Shown piece after piece: positions 24,068-37,900 of a DNA stretch of 64,000 nt (position 1 is its first letter; each line of letters begins with the position of its first letter). Position numbers and translations under genes: made by a program. Source of the stretch: Lingula anatina (taxonomy: Eukaryota > Animalia > Brachiopoda); contig CM120648.1 in NCBI GenBank assembly GCA_051362555.1, positions 659,721 to 723,720 of the forward strand. The letters are read 5' to 3'. Below the pieces are notes generated by a model that made no database searches, was not told the DNA's origin, and was given only the letters and a program-made list of their open reading frames with translations.

Positions 24068-26969
24068 AAGTTGGCCCAACAGGAAAGGTAACCTGTTCGG
24101 GCTTCTGGGTAACATGATCTTACAGGCAGAAATTTGGGGGAATATTTCCCAATTTGCTGAGTATGAAGTCCCATTGAAAGTCAAACTCCTTGAACTTCCT
24201 CGAAGAGGAAGTATCAGTTGCCCAAGCAGAGTTGGGTGAAACTGCGAGTGCTACTGCTACTGCAAGACCCGATGATAAACTGATGATAAACTGTTGACAT
24301 CTGCATACAGGAAAAGGGAGCTTTCAAGGGTAAGTAAAACAGCCGTTCATATCAGTACATATATTGTTAAGAAATAAGAGACATGACGAGTATCGACATA
24401 ATTATACGTTTTACATGTACACACTACGATTTGAGCGAGCCTGTAAACAGTCCCCGTCCCCTAACATTTATAACTTGCCCATGGCAGTGCTAATAATGAT
24501 ATTGTCTCTTAATTTGAAACATTTGAACAGATAAACATTTTACTTAAAATATCTTATTCTTATTTTTTATATTTTTAAATGTTGCAATAGAATGAAATGG
24601 AGCTGTCCAATTTCCAGGTTCAGAGCAAAGAAACCATACAAGCTATATAACTGATGTTCAATAGAAAGGATCTGGAGAAGATCATATGGAATGTACAGAT
24701 TTGTTATATACCTTTGGTGAGTTCTTGATAACTTACGTGATTTTATTCCTCTTAAATGATATATAGTTTATGGAGCATTTGATAGATTTTTAATGTTAAA
24801 TCATGTTTTCCAATAATGCCACTCATTTTAATTAAAATGTTTTATAATTATTAGATTATTTCAGATATATATCTTTTCTAGAAAACCATGTGAAAAAATA
24901 TTCAATTTGTAACTAGCTATTGTCGTAAGATATGTTAAAAAGAAACTGACATCGAAAACATTTTTACAGTGTTCATAACGTAATAGATTGATATAATTTT
25001 GTTAATTGATATTTGAATATGTAAATGCCTTTTTAGGGACTGCTGCTTATGAGACCATTTGTATTTTGTTGTGATGAGTGGTTGCAGATATAAAAGAAAA
25101 TCAGGCAAGGAGAACCAACTTCCCATTTTGAAGACTTCCATTCAGTTGTGAACCATTTTACACCTACAATGCACAGGTTTTCATATGGAGTGCACAGCAG
25201 GTTTGTAGCTGTATTAAACGATACTTTACGCCCAAAATCTATATGATCAAGCTATAACAGTAAATGCTAGCACACAAATGTGTTACTCCTGATTTTTGCA
25301 ATTCAGCATATTTGTCATAGAGTTAATCAATTAAAACTTATTTTTTTATTCAGGTTGCTTTTAGCAGAATGCAATAAAATTGGAATGGACAAAGAGAACT
25401 GGACTTTACCAAGTATGGAGACCAGCTAAATTTTAAAAGGGCAACTACACTGTGCACAATATGCCTGTGTTTTGCACATTACCAGTAGGTACGCACTAGT
25501 ATCTGTCAACAAAACTCAGTTCATCATCTGCTTCATATTTTTATAGAGTGCTACCGGTCATATTACATTGTCTAATCAGTGTGAAATTGATCAGTATTGA
25601 TCGCTCGTTCGTTGATAAGCATGTCCATGATGGTAATTAATACCTGCAAATGCTAATTCTTTCAGAACATGTTCACCAACTGCTCAGTTCCCTGATGTCG
25701 TCTTAAGTAGGACACCATTGATGCCGCAGCACTAGGGAATGTCTCCCCTCGATTGTGTGCACAGTACAAAAGACCAAGAATTGAAGAAATTCAGAACTTT
25801 TAATTTAATAATTGATTAAAAAATAAATAAAGTAAATAAAAATTTAATAAGTAATTTGGATGACTGTGACAGTCAAAATGACTACAAAAATGCCCATATT
25901 TTATTTGTTTTCGTTTCAACTGATATCAATACTATCCACAAAAAACAATACTTTGTTATTCTAATAAAGAATTCTACAGGTAATATTACTACTACAAAAA
26001 AGATATCCGTATGAAGAACCAAGCCCATTACTATTATGAGTTTCAAGCGGTTGTTTGTGCTTGAGAAGTGCTTTCTTTCATGCTTATACAAATAATGGTT
26101 CTAAAATATTCATGTTTTATTTGTAAACTTTAAAGTTGATATTTGAATTATCTAATTTTAATCTTTTAATTTTAATTTTAATCTCTCGTGGGTAAAGCAA
26201 ACAACAATAATGTGATTAAATAAATTAGTTGGATGGCTCTGACTTTAAAATGTTGCTTTCTTTCTGCATTAAGTTGATCGTCTGCAAACAAATCCATAAA
26301 AGTGTTTAAAAGGTATTGTCACTAGTACAAGTGAAAAAATCCATGTCAAGAATCAAGTCCAATCATTTTTATGAAATTTCAAATCCCTTGTGGTTGTTGT
26401 CTGATTGCTGTCTCATAATCGGCAAGACGTGTTTTTTTTTCTACATATTCACACATTTTGCTTTTTTAATGCCCCCCCCCCCTTTTTCCTTGCTTATCAA
26501 GACTGTACATATATTCATACAGTACCCGGGGCAACTCCACAGTCGACACTTCAAATGGCAAAGACTACTCACAAGTAAAACCGCCAATTAATGAATCGCT
26601 TTGGCACTCATGCTCTATAACGTCACAGGTGAAGTCAAACGTAAACTCAATGTAAAACAAAATGAAAATAACAGCATCTGAAATCATCTTACTAGGAACG
26701 TTCCGGGCAGGCTTATAAATAAAGATACGCAACTTGAATTGATTCAATAGCTTCCCCGTTATAGCACCATGTCATACCACCTGTAAATTGCATTCATTAG
26801 AAAAAATGAGATCTTCCCGGTGGAATCATTTGATAAATATTTTTTCTCAAAGTTGGCTCCGTTACAATTACGTGAACGGAAAGCGCACAAGGTTATACAT
26901 ATTTGAAGTTTTTTAAATGATTCCCCTCTTCTAATGGGGTTGCTAAAACTAAAACCGTCCCATCGTGCT

Positions 26970-27570
26970 CCTAAACGTCATAGGTGAAGCCAAAGTCACA
27001 GAAAAAACAAGTAATCTATCTAGGAACGCTTCGTGTCGGCTTCTCAAATAAGTCCTCAGGTACATAACAACATTAATACCATGTTAGCAGACTGGCGTTG
27101 CGCGGGTAAAATACATATGTACGGCTCACAGGCTATTGATTTTAATGACAGATATATATATGTACAGCCAAACTGGCCCTCTGTGTGAGAAAGTAAAAAT
27201 ATTCCACTTGAGCCCATTCAAACAAAAGAAGCTTATGTGGCTGCATGGTAACATCGCCGTCTTGGACACAGGTGCTCACTTGTATGCAGGTTCGAATCCT
27301 ATGATAGTCTGTGTGATTTTTTGCTGGAAATAATTTCTAAAAATTTCATTTGATTACTATAAGAGGAAACTCGTAAGTAGGTAGGGTGGGCGGTTCAGTA
27401 ACGGAGCAGTCGGTAGCGTGCTTGATTGTAATATATGAGGAAGCCACTAGCAAACCATGGTAACGACAAGTCATGAGTTCGAATCCCACATGACGCATGA
27501 TAGCTTACTACAACATCAATGGCCGGCTGCAATCGAAGACGAACGCAGGCTCCCGTGGGTCCAGGAAAAT
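26970..27570 (+). mobile_element. Dispersed repeat with tandem tRNA-like (Pol III B-box) modules; inverted copy at ~59150-59620
   Basis: GGTTCGAATCC at 27289-27299 and GAGTTCGAATCCC at 27475-27487. Blocks shared in reverse complement with ~59150-59620 include AGTAATCTATCTAGGAACGC, GCAAACCATGGTAACG, TGACGCATG and GGGTGGGCGG. Confidence 0.65.
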
Positions 27571-28520
27571 TACTTTTTGCATAAATCATTATTGATTTTG
27601 GTGCCATATACTCCATGAAAGTGATTTTTAATTGTTTTTTTTTCCCCAAATCCTGGATATTAATTTTACTTTTTAAGTCATTCAGAAGACTTTGTCTACA
27701 CAGCTTTCGGCCCTTAATACATTAAATATGGAACATCTTTTATTTGTCTAATGATAAAACATTTGTTTTATTACACATAATAATAATATTTTAGATATCA
27801 AAGTATCAATAACTCCACTAATGTTGTCAATCACAAAAAAAAAATTATTCTCCTACAGAAGACAAAAACATGTCATTATATATTGAACAATGACTTGTGA
27901 AAACCTGTCGAAAAAGTTGCATTATTCTTTGGTCCACTTGTGTTAAGCCCGTCTTTCTTAAAACTATCATCAAATTAAATAAATCTGTTTTTTTAGTGCT
28001 CAGTATAACCTGTGTGCGATGCCATGATCTAGAAGCAAAACAATCAGTAAGTAATGCTAAAAGCTTCCATTTAAGATGTCCCAAATACTGAAACTTCAGG
28101 GTCCCCATTCAGTTAACTCGCACTACATGTAGATACATGTAGATTGTGAATGCACCCTTAAGCCGCAGTCTGATTCACACATCGTACAAGCTGGGCCGGT
28201 CCAACTCTGTGGAGGATTCTGGCAATCAATGGAATCAGTTCAGTCAGCACACAGATATATAGGATATAATGAAAATATATCGTGCTTCTAAAAAGTGTTA
28301 TGTTTTTTTTTTCTTTTTTTTTTTTGTGGGCTCCAACTATCGCATATGTTTACAGAAAAAACGTGAGGCTGCAGGATCATGTCGCTTCGAGCCCGTATAA
28401 GTCACCTCCCAATTTCTTGGTGTTATTTTTTTTTCACCGAAAATTGCTACTTCTACATGCTTGAGCTGCTACGGATCTTTCCTGGCTTGAAATCGATGGT
28501 TATTATCAACAACTATTACA

Positions 28521-31500
28521 TCAACTTTCAGTTTCTTTCAAGTTAGGCACATCTATCAAACAACCACGTTTTTCTGATGCACAACACCGCACAATCCAAG
28601 TTAATTCTCTTTCTCTCTCTCCCACTCTCTCACACAGACACACACACACACACACCTCTTCCTTTCATCCCATCTCACCGATTTGTAGCGAGTAAGTGTA
28701 GCAATATAAACATCCACACATAAAAAAGCAGGAAGAAAAACCTTTAAAGCGTAAAAGACATGAATAACGAAAAAGAAAAAATCAGTAAAGTAAAATGTAA
28801 ACTTTAAACAAAGAGATTGAGTTCTATGGATTTAGAAAATTTACCTACCTTTTCTGTCGTTCGTGGCCAACGATCTTGTTAAATAATTTGATGATGGTGA
28901 GATTGAATGAATACCTCATATGATTTATTATAAACATCGTTATTATATTTTAGTTAATAATTGAGTAAAATATGCACTTTATAAAATATATACCTGATCT
29001 GATTATAGTCAGAACAACCGTTTATTTGCACGGTCGGATTTGATATACCATGTGATCATATGATCTTACCTGCCTCAGGCCGCCCGTAGAATTGGTTTGT
29101 GACGAATATTGTCGACTTTAATTATACTATTAATATGTAAACACACCTTAACCCACCCACCAAACTGGTGCGGTGTTATCTCACAGTGACCCTTACCACA
29201 CGCCTCCTCCGTACTGTCCCAGTGTCCGGACACGAGGCAACGACGTGTCCTCTCCGAGCTCCCGTCACTGAAGGCGGCGTTTGGAGAGCACTCGTACCTC
29301 ACCGCCGCTCCCGCCCCGTGGTCACTAGAGTTGACCGTGGTGTGAGAAAGGCTACTGGATACCGCCGGGCACTGGGGACCTGTTTAATGGTGAAAACGAT
29401 TAAAGGAAAGGATTTTCTTCATCAAATATTACATATGCGTGTAGATACGCTGATGATACCCGTAGGTTATAAATGTATGGACAGTAATTACTGGTTAATA
29501 ACACTAAGAAATCTTTAGAATGGTTTTAAAAGTTTTAAAATAATGCCCTTTAAATGCACTTACGGATGCAGGCAGATGGGACGTTGTTATCCCACTGCCC
29601 GCTACTCAAGCAAGACGCCTTCTTCGTTGTCGTTCCATCCTGGAAGGCGTGGTTCTCTATACACGTGTATGTGGCGATATCTAGGTATCTGTTGCCAGAC
29701 TGCGTCACGGTTGCGTTGGAAACTGTCTGCAGGTTCCCAGCACACTGCACGGCTAGCAGAAAATGGTAAATTATTATGCTTAAACACCTGCACATAACAT
29801 CAAATACCTCCAAAATTCTGTGGATAAGCATTTAGGGACCTTTAATGACATAATCAAGGCGAGTTGAATATCCATCTTCATTTTTTAAAAAAAGTTTAGA
29901 ACTGTGAGTATAGTTATAATGTATCTTTCAATCCCTTACCTTCACAAGCAGGGGGCGTGGCTGTCCAGTTATTGACTTGACAGGTGATTGATTTGTGTTC
30001 CTCCAGAGTTGCCGCTGGCCAGTGAAAGCCTGGAAGGCAGCTGTACGTGACCTTGACATTGTGCTGCCTGTTTGCGTTGGAAGGGAAGGTGTTGCCCACA
30101 GATGGCACTGCGGGGCAACGTACATCTAGGAAGATAGCCAGGAGGTTTTTGCCATGTCAAAAATTGCATCAATAATGACCATTTGATAGTCTATTCATCT
30201 ATCCTTATTAGCTTTACAATATTATACTATTACCATGAGTAGTGACTGTCTTATTTATTCAGTTATCATCATTAATTATAATGGTTTGTTAACAAATGAG
30301 ATACTAGGAAAAACTACAGAAGCAACTCTGGTCTGAGCATGTAGCTACTATGGCGGTCATTCCGGCCCAAGGCGAAAGATGATGGTGAGGTCCTGTCCAG
30401 TAAAACGTGTTGGGATCTCGCTCCCAGTAACAATTTCTGTCCATTTCCACAGCAACATTTTACAAATTCGCTAAGAAAGATTTAAGGATGCGTTCCCAAT
30501 GAAACTATCACTCTAGGTAGATTGTTCCAGCCCCGCGGGTATTCTCGGTGAATGCAATCAGATCAACTGAAGAACACGCCTCATCGAGTAGCTTTATATT
30601 TAACGGTGATTAACTTTCGTGAGTGGTCAGTGGCACTCAAAACGAACTGAAAAAGCTGCCAGATGCCACCAAAGTTTTGTCATCTCCAGCTGCTCCAGGA
30701 GGTGTACCGTTCAGTTTGTCTGATTGCATTCAACAAAAGTCGCCGTGGAGTTCGAACGATCTATCTGGTACGTTAGTTGCATTGGGAACGCATCCTTAAG
30801 GTGGGTATGTCCCCAAGTTTTTCAACTTACCCCACGTCCTCCATACAGAATAACGGTAGTGTCCTCCACAAAAGGCGATCGAATCGCCAGAGCACCTTGT
30901 GTAACAGTACGATTTCGAAGAACGGCCGTATTTGTCCACGCTATTGGAACAGGAGCAGTTGTCTGTCAAGAAAATAAGGTTAAGCCGTCATACGGGTGAC
31001 GATGAAGAAGCTGGGAAGAAGCACTTAAATGCAGTGACAATATATACATTAGCATATCTGCGACACGACGTTATTAAAAAAGAGTTTGGTAAGCTTTGTG
31101 TATATTTCCAGGTTGTTCAGTTCCTTACTTCTTTATTTAAACCAACACATATGTAAAACAGCCATCATAACGACTCGGTGTTTATTATTCAATAAATGTG
31201 CATTTCCCATCCTGTAATTCTGTAATATATTAGTATCTTACCTCCACTCAGACCAGCATAAAGATACCCAATATCTCTGCATAAGTCAACACAGGCGGCA
31301 GGTGTTCCACAGTTTGTTGATATAACCCGTTCCATGACAGGACTTAGGTTTGGGTCCATCGTCTCAACGATACACCCAACGTAATAGTCGCCATCTGTCC
31401 AAGAACATGATTTATTGGCAGAAACATGGAAGTTGTGGGTTTATGATAGAAAGTGAGTTTATGATAGAAATCAGTCACACATAATAAAGTAAAATTCAAT

Positions 31501-31903
31501 TAAATAAAAAAATTCCAACCTGGTTCTGAATATATTACTGTAGAAACTGATGCGATAACATATAAACAAACAACTGCACAGTACTTACGGTCAAAGGAAC
31601 TGTACTTGCAGCCGTACATCTCCACGCGCAGACTGCAGTTGTTGTAGCAGGTCGAGGTGTTGGGATATAAGCGAACATGCTGCGCCAAGAACGGATACTT
31701 AAAGGTATTCAGCACCACTTTGTTGAAATCTGTGTTGCCGGCCAACTATAATAGATATAAAAAATACTCCTGGACTCTCGTTAAATGAAATCAAAATTTA
31801 ATTGCATCTGATTGCATTCAGCAAGAGTCCCTACAGAGTTAGATCGATCTACGTAGATCATTAGTTTGATTGGAAACGCGACCATAATTCACGGCCTCCA
31901 CGA

Positions 31904-31968
<65 letters not shown>

Positions 31969-34900
31969 TTGTATATAGTCACCTGGTTGCCGTTGTCGTA
32001 ATGTGTCCAGTTCATACCGTCTTCACTGTAGTCGATGGAGTAGCCTCCAACCCACTGCATATTGTCCACATCTTTGGCACCTGTTTCAATACAATTATCA
32101 CCATATATGCCTTATTCAATGACTGTTTACTGGCGCAGCTCAAGTGTCCAGATGTAAAGAATGATCTATTAGTACATGTACATCTATTACAACCAGCCAG
32201 AATTCAGACAGAAGTGACAGACTGCGGTAGCATCTTTCTTACTTTGACAGCTTCAAACTTTGTTTCCACCAAAAATTAAGCCGGAAATATTTGACAAAAA
32301 ACGCATTTTACCTTGAGTCGCGATGCCTGTAAATATGAAAAGTTCGCTGTACGACACTTGGATCCAGGGGTTGGCATCTCCCGTGTCAAAACCGACACCG
32401 AACACGCCATAGAGGCTGGAATATACAAAGTACTGGGGCGTCACAGTCATTAGTCAATCAATTAAAAAAGGGTGGTCATATTTGAGTGCTGCCATGAGGG
32501 ATGTTTAAACTCAAGCCTAAGTACCTGCATGTTCGGAATAATGTCTAACTAGCTAACAAATCATTTGAATTTATCTAACGGTTGATACATGTACATATAA
32601 GTCTCAAACTTTCTTTGCAAGATTAAAGCTTAAGCAAAACATAAATGGGGATAAAAAAGCCTTTGTACTTTTTGGAAAACAGTACACGCAGTTTTACTTA
32701 CAATGCGTTGCTTTCTGTATAGTTTGCATCACTGGAATTCGATGATGTCGTAATTGTTAAAGTGTTGTCGTAAAAATGCATCAGTGGGGTATGGCATGGA
32801 CCTAAAGAATGTTATTGTAAATGATGTAACATGGTCAGGTGGTTATCTTGTGTTGGTCAATGTTAATCTATAAAGATGATGATGTTTTTCAGTGCTGGAG
32901 TGAGAGAGTGCCACTGGCGTATGGCATGGGACTAATAGTGAATGTTGTCGTAAATGAGGTAACGCAATTCCTCTAAACCAGGAGGTTATCAAAAAGATGT
33001 GGGGCCAGATATCAAATTCACTGATAAAAGGTTTTCAAATGCATGGAAATAGTACACAAGCTACGCTAATTGTGAAGTAATTACCGTTATTATTGCATTG
33101 AACTTTTTTAGATGTTTGTCCTGCCTCTTCCTGAACCCAATACGTTCCCTCTATTAAAACACCTTGTTCTGCCAGATGCATACAGGATGCAGCACGGGAG
33201 TAGTAGTACGCTGAAAATTAATATAGATATATCAAATAAATTAGCAAACCGAAATTCTTGTTGCAGATAATGTGCTTGTAAACATAGCAGTATTGTGGCA
33301 TAATTTGGTGTAATATTTAATTGTAACGTCCCATCCTCTTTACAGAGAATCGCTGCTTGTTAATTATCCCGCTTATCGCTTTTGTCTGACCTAACTTACA
33401 GACAGAATAAACATTGGCCTTATTGGTTCCTCCACAATGCTGGACGGGGTTATAAGGGCAACCTAAAGCACAATCACTTGAGGACTGCTTCCCAGTTGGT
33501 TCACTGTTTATACAGTAGCAGTCTGCACCGGACACTGCGGCCTTGGGGATGTCCTGTCCACGGCAGTACTCTATACACTGAAGACTGTTCATGAGCCGAG
33601 AATGCGATACCTTGACACGGTACGTTGTTGGATTATTGAAACAGCCGTCAAATCCTAAGATAACAGAAAGGGTTTCAGTCATCAACAGCAAAGGTCTTCA
33701 ATCTTCTATGTCCTATTTTATCAAATTTTAATTTATTTTTTCTTTCATTTTATTATATGCTTTAATTTTATTTTACTTATATATATAGATTTATTTTGTA
33801 TGTGGAAATTAAAAATTGTGAGTTTGGATCCAATCCAGTAGACAACATTACTTAAAAGTACCGAGAAAGAGGTGTATACATACCGCCGTTAATTTCACAC
33901 AGAGCTCTATTAGGCCCCCCACTGATCTCTGCATTGATCCAGCTGAAGTTGGAGGTCTTGTTAAACAGTACCCGTGTCTTCAGACCACTAGTGTCCGGGT
34001 TTCCGGCATCCCAGTAAGAGTACGACAGATAAGAGCCATCTTCTCCAGTATATACCATGCTATAGGATGGGTCGAACATCCCTGATATCACGTCGGTTGC
34101 TGATGTATTATACTGAAAACAAGACGTTTCTATGTTAAACGTGCGTGTGTGTGTGTGTGAGTGTGTGTGTGAGTGTGTGTGTGTGTGTTTGTGTGTGTGT
34201 GATGAGTGTGCATCGTATCAGGAATGGCGTTTAAGTTGCATTACTGTAGACAACTAAACATGTTCTTAAATTCTCGTTTTCCGAACGAAGGGATGACGTA
34301 ATAAACACACGGTTATAACATGCAATGTGACATATTTCATAAATGAAGAAATACAACATTCAGACGCGGAGAGGAAAGAAAGAGAGAGAGAGGCAGTGAG
34401 TGGTGGAGGGATGGAGGAAGAGAGAGACAGATGGATGGAAGGAGGTAGAAAAACAGAAATGGCGAACCCTGAGGATTTGAATGACATGGTCTTGCTCTTC
34501 CCTGGAATTCACCACAGCGAGGTAGCCCCCTAGGTCAGTGCAGCCCTTTCTATAGTCGTAATGGTCAGTGTGGTCAAATAGCAACTGATAACAACTGTAC
34601 TGGCATCCAAATGACCAGCCGCTCGGACAGACAGTGCCGTCTGAGGTGGGTAAATCTGTGAAATAAAACAAACGTTCTCCAGTAAGGAAACGTGCACACA
34701 CATGTACAATTTAAATATTGATCGTGGCTCGTGTACTCGTATTTACCAATCAGAAAAGATTTGTACCATATTATTGTCAGCATCAAAACCCGTACAAACC
34801 TAACATGGGAGCATACAAATACCAATACAAATAATTTATTTAACAACCTAAAATTCCGTGTCATCTGTGCGTTCATCCATTTACATATAGGACTGAGCAA

Positions 34901-37900
34901 AAATACTTACTAGGGCTACTGGTAGTGGAGGCCTGGACCGTTGTCGGTGCCTGCGTAGTGGCTGCTTGTGTGGTTGGTGCCTGCGTAGTTGTTGCTTCAG
35001 TCGTTGGTGCCTCTGTAGTTGTTGCTTCAGTCGTTGGTGCCTGCGTGGTCGCTTCTTCAGTGGTTGGTGCCTGCGTAGTCGCTGCTTCAGTGGTTGGTGC
35101 CTGCGTAGTTGTTGCTTCAGTCGTTGGTGCCTCTGTAGTTGCTGCTTCAGTCGTTGGTGCCTGCGAAATTGCTGCTTCAGTCGTTGGTGCCTGGGTAGTT
35201 GTTGCTTCAGTCGTTGGTGCCTGGGTAGTTGTTGCTTCAGTCGTTGGTGCCTGCGTAGTTGTTGCTTCAGTCGTTGGTGCCTGGGTAGTTGTTGCTTCAG
35301 TCGTTGGTGCCTGGGTAGTTGTTGCTTCAGTCGTTGGTGCCTGCGTAGTTGCTGCTTCAGTCGTTGGTGCCTGGGTAGTTGTTGCTTCAGTCGTTGGTGC
35401 CAGCGTAGTTGTTGCTTCAGTCGTTGGTGCCTGGGTAGTTGTTGCTTCAGTCGTTGGTGCCTGCGTAGTTGTTGCTTCAGTCGTTGGTGCCTGGGTAGTT
35501 GTTGCTTCAGTCGTTGGTGCCAGCGTAGTTGTTGCTTCAGTCGTTGGTGCCTGCGTAGTTGTTGCTTCAGTCGTTGGTGCCTGCGTAGTTGTTGCTTCAG
35601 TCGTTGGTGCCTGCGTGGTCGCTGCTTGTGGTATCGTTAACGCTGGCATAGTGAAAACATGAAAATTAGTAGGCGATGACTTACAAATTTGATTCTCAGG
35701 AAACTGGATATTTTTCTACATGGAGAGCACAAGCCAGTTTGCATTATCAGCACTGGATAACGAGTCTGTTTGATTAACAGGTAAAAGATTTGTTTATATT
35801 ATTTGACAAAGACATGTTTTGTGGATGAATTCAGTTTTTTTGGCTCTGGAAGGATGGTCAAACACCGAGTCCATGTTTGTGTGCGTGTGTGTGCAATTTA
35901 CCTACCATTTTCGCAGCTGGTTCCGCTAAATCCAGAAACGCAGGCACAAGAATAGGAAAACAGCCCGTCTGTGCAGGTCCCGCCATTTTGGCATGGTCCA
36001 CTGGCACACTGGTCTACTGAGTCTGACCATGAACATGATTTAATAGTGTTACTGCACTGATTAGTTCATCTTGATCAAAGAATGATGCATGCACAAAATT
36101 TCATGACGTTATTTTGGCGTTGTTATACTAGTATTAGTCGAAATAAATTGATATTATTCACACATAGACATTTTATATGCCATAACGTGCACCCATGCAT
36201 GAGAGAGAGAGAGAAAGAGAGAGAGATCACCTGTGTAGTCTTGCGCAATACATTTATCCATGGCTGTGGCCGCCTCGGTCGTACTAATCAATGTATCAAA
36301 TATATACACGCATCTTACGTATCCCTCGAAGCGGTTATTTGACGGAATCTGGTCGCAGCCTCCTGTATATCGCCTTCCTAAAACAAGTGAATGCATATAT
36401 TATGGACTTTATGTACCTCATCTTAATGGGCTAGGTAGAAACAAGCAAACAGACAAGCAACCAACCAACCAAACAAACAAACAAATTGGTTCAAAACAAA
36501 ATCAAACGCACACACATAACCTAATTGAGCGTTCTGCAAGTGCACCGTTAACTTTGGGCCACACATGAATCCAAACTGACATTCTTAGTATTTGTCTAAA
36601 CCAGATTGGAGTAATAATGTCGTAAAGAAACTTACTTCGTGCTTATTTCTTACAACCCGTTTTCTAGACTGACATAGAAAATCACTTGGATGACGTTTAC
36701 AAGCCAACCAATTTGCTTTTTATTATACTTAGGCAGTTTTATGCGCCTTTAAATAAAAGTTAAATATTGTTTGTTCAAGTTGGTTCACATGTCAACAAAG
36801 CCTTTGAACATTATTACCTATGATAATGTCTCCGGACATTTCAAACGGTCCCACAATGGAAGTAAATGTCGCTGCGGTCAAAGAAGACGTACTGGTGCCG
36901 TAGCGTAGAGTCATCACCTGATTAGGCTCGTCGTAAGTCAAAAATAGCCAGGAATCCGAATAAAAAATTGCAGTATTCCCTGGAATGAATTTGTAGATGT
37001 TTACGGTTAATGAACAAAACAGTGCTACAATTTTCTTTGCTATATGTTGCTATAAATTTCGCATTGTTCTTGTAAATTATGTGTATCTACATAGTGCACT
37101 CTGTCTTGGCGACCTGTAGTGTAATAATATGCAAACATCTCATAACTTGGTCAAATTGTATTGCGTTATATATCAAAGTGTGTCCACAGTTCATACATAT
37201 AATATTGTGATATATTCTTGGTGGACTGTGCAGTTCAAACGGGCCAATTTCAGCCTTGTACAAATTTGTTGTGGTGAAAAAACTGAAAACTGGAGTAAAT
37301 GGATGGTATACTTTCTGATTTCTTTGCTCACCACAGCTGGGTAAATTAAGTGAACAACATCTTCAGGCCCGTAGCCAGCAATTTCAAAAGGGGGGTTCTT
37401 TTTCTGAAAAAGTGGACCTTTTTCCAAAAAAACTTCATGAACCTAGGTCAAATTTTACCCAGAGTGGACCTTTTCCCACCAAAAGGGGCGGTTCTTTCGA
37501 ACCCCCCGACCCCCCCCCCCCCCCCCCGACTACGGGCCTGATCTTCCAAAGACGACAAGAAGGCGACATATTTTTTTTTCTCCAATTACATTTCATTCTT
37601 TGCTTTTGAAAGTAATGCTTATTTTACCCACCAGATGTCGCCAGTTGCACGGGACAGGACACTGATGACGTAATTGCTGTAATGCCGTACTTCTTAGTGT
37701 CGATAGAGAGAGTAAATCCACCGTCATATTGGAATATAACAAAGTCTTCAGTATTAGTGTTGCCATAACTCGAATGTCGTGGCTTGACCCCCACTGAAAT
37801 TAATAAAATCTACATCATCCGGACTAGGCAGTAAAGCATTATAATTAGTACAACTATTCGTTGAAGAAATCAATTATAGAAGTTTCCATAAAAAGGCTGA

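Larger units (their letters stand above)
11757..24073 (+). repeat. Left arm of a large inverted segmental duplication
   Basis: Colinear reverse-complement similarity to ~28520-43705 in exons and most introns. Starts at TCCGGCATTGGCAGGCTATTCAGAACTAGCCTCCTCCC and ends at ...CTGAAAGTTG just past the stop codon. Confidence 0.95.

Noticed and set aside
24075-25800. Exon-like AG...GT segments in the spacer (24591-24716, ~25354-25490) as extra lectin exons or a decayed transposon-borne Ulp1-like protease
   Set aside because: Stops interrupt the plausible frames, there is no counterpart in arm B, and motif similarity is too weak to support without a profile search.
27237-27500. Possible tRNA genes at the GGTTCGAATCC motifs
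   Set aside because: No convincing acceptor or anticodon stems, and the motifs are part of a larger dispersed repeat.
34925-35662. Long plus-strand ORFs (VVASVVGAC and [10 protein letters not shown] repeats), and the similar minus-strand ORF at 17182-17463
   Set aside because: Antisense shadows of the stop-free 30-bp mucin repeat; the Thr-rich frame is the one with splice sites in phase with the gene.
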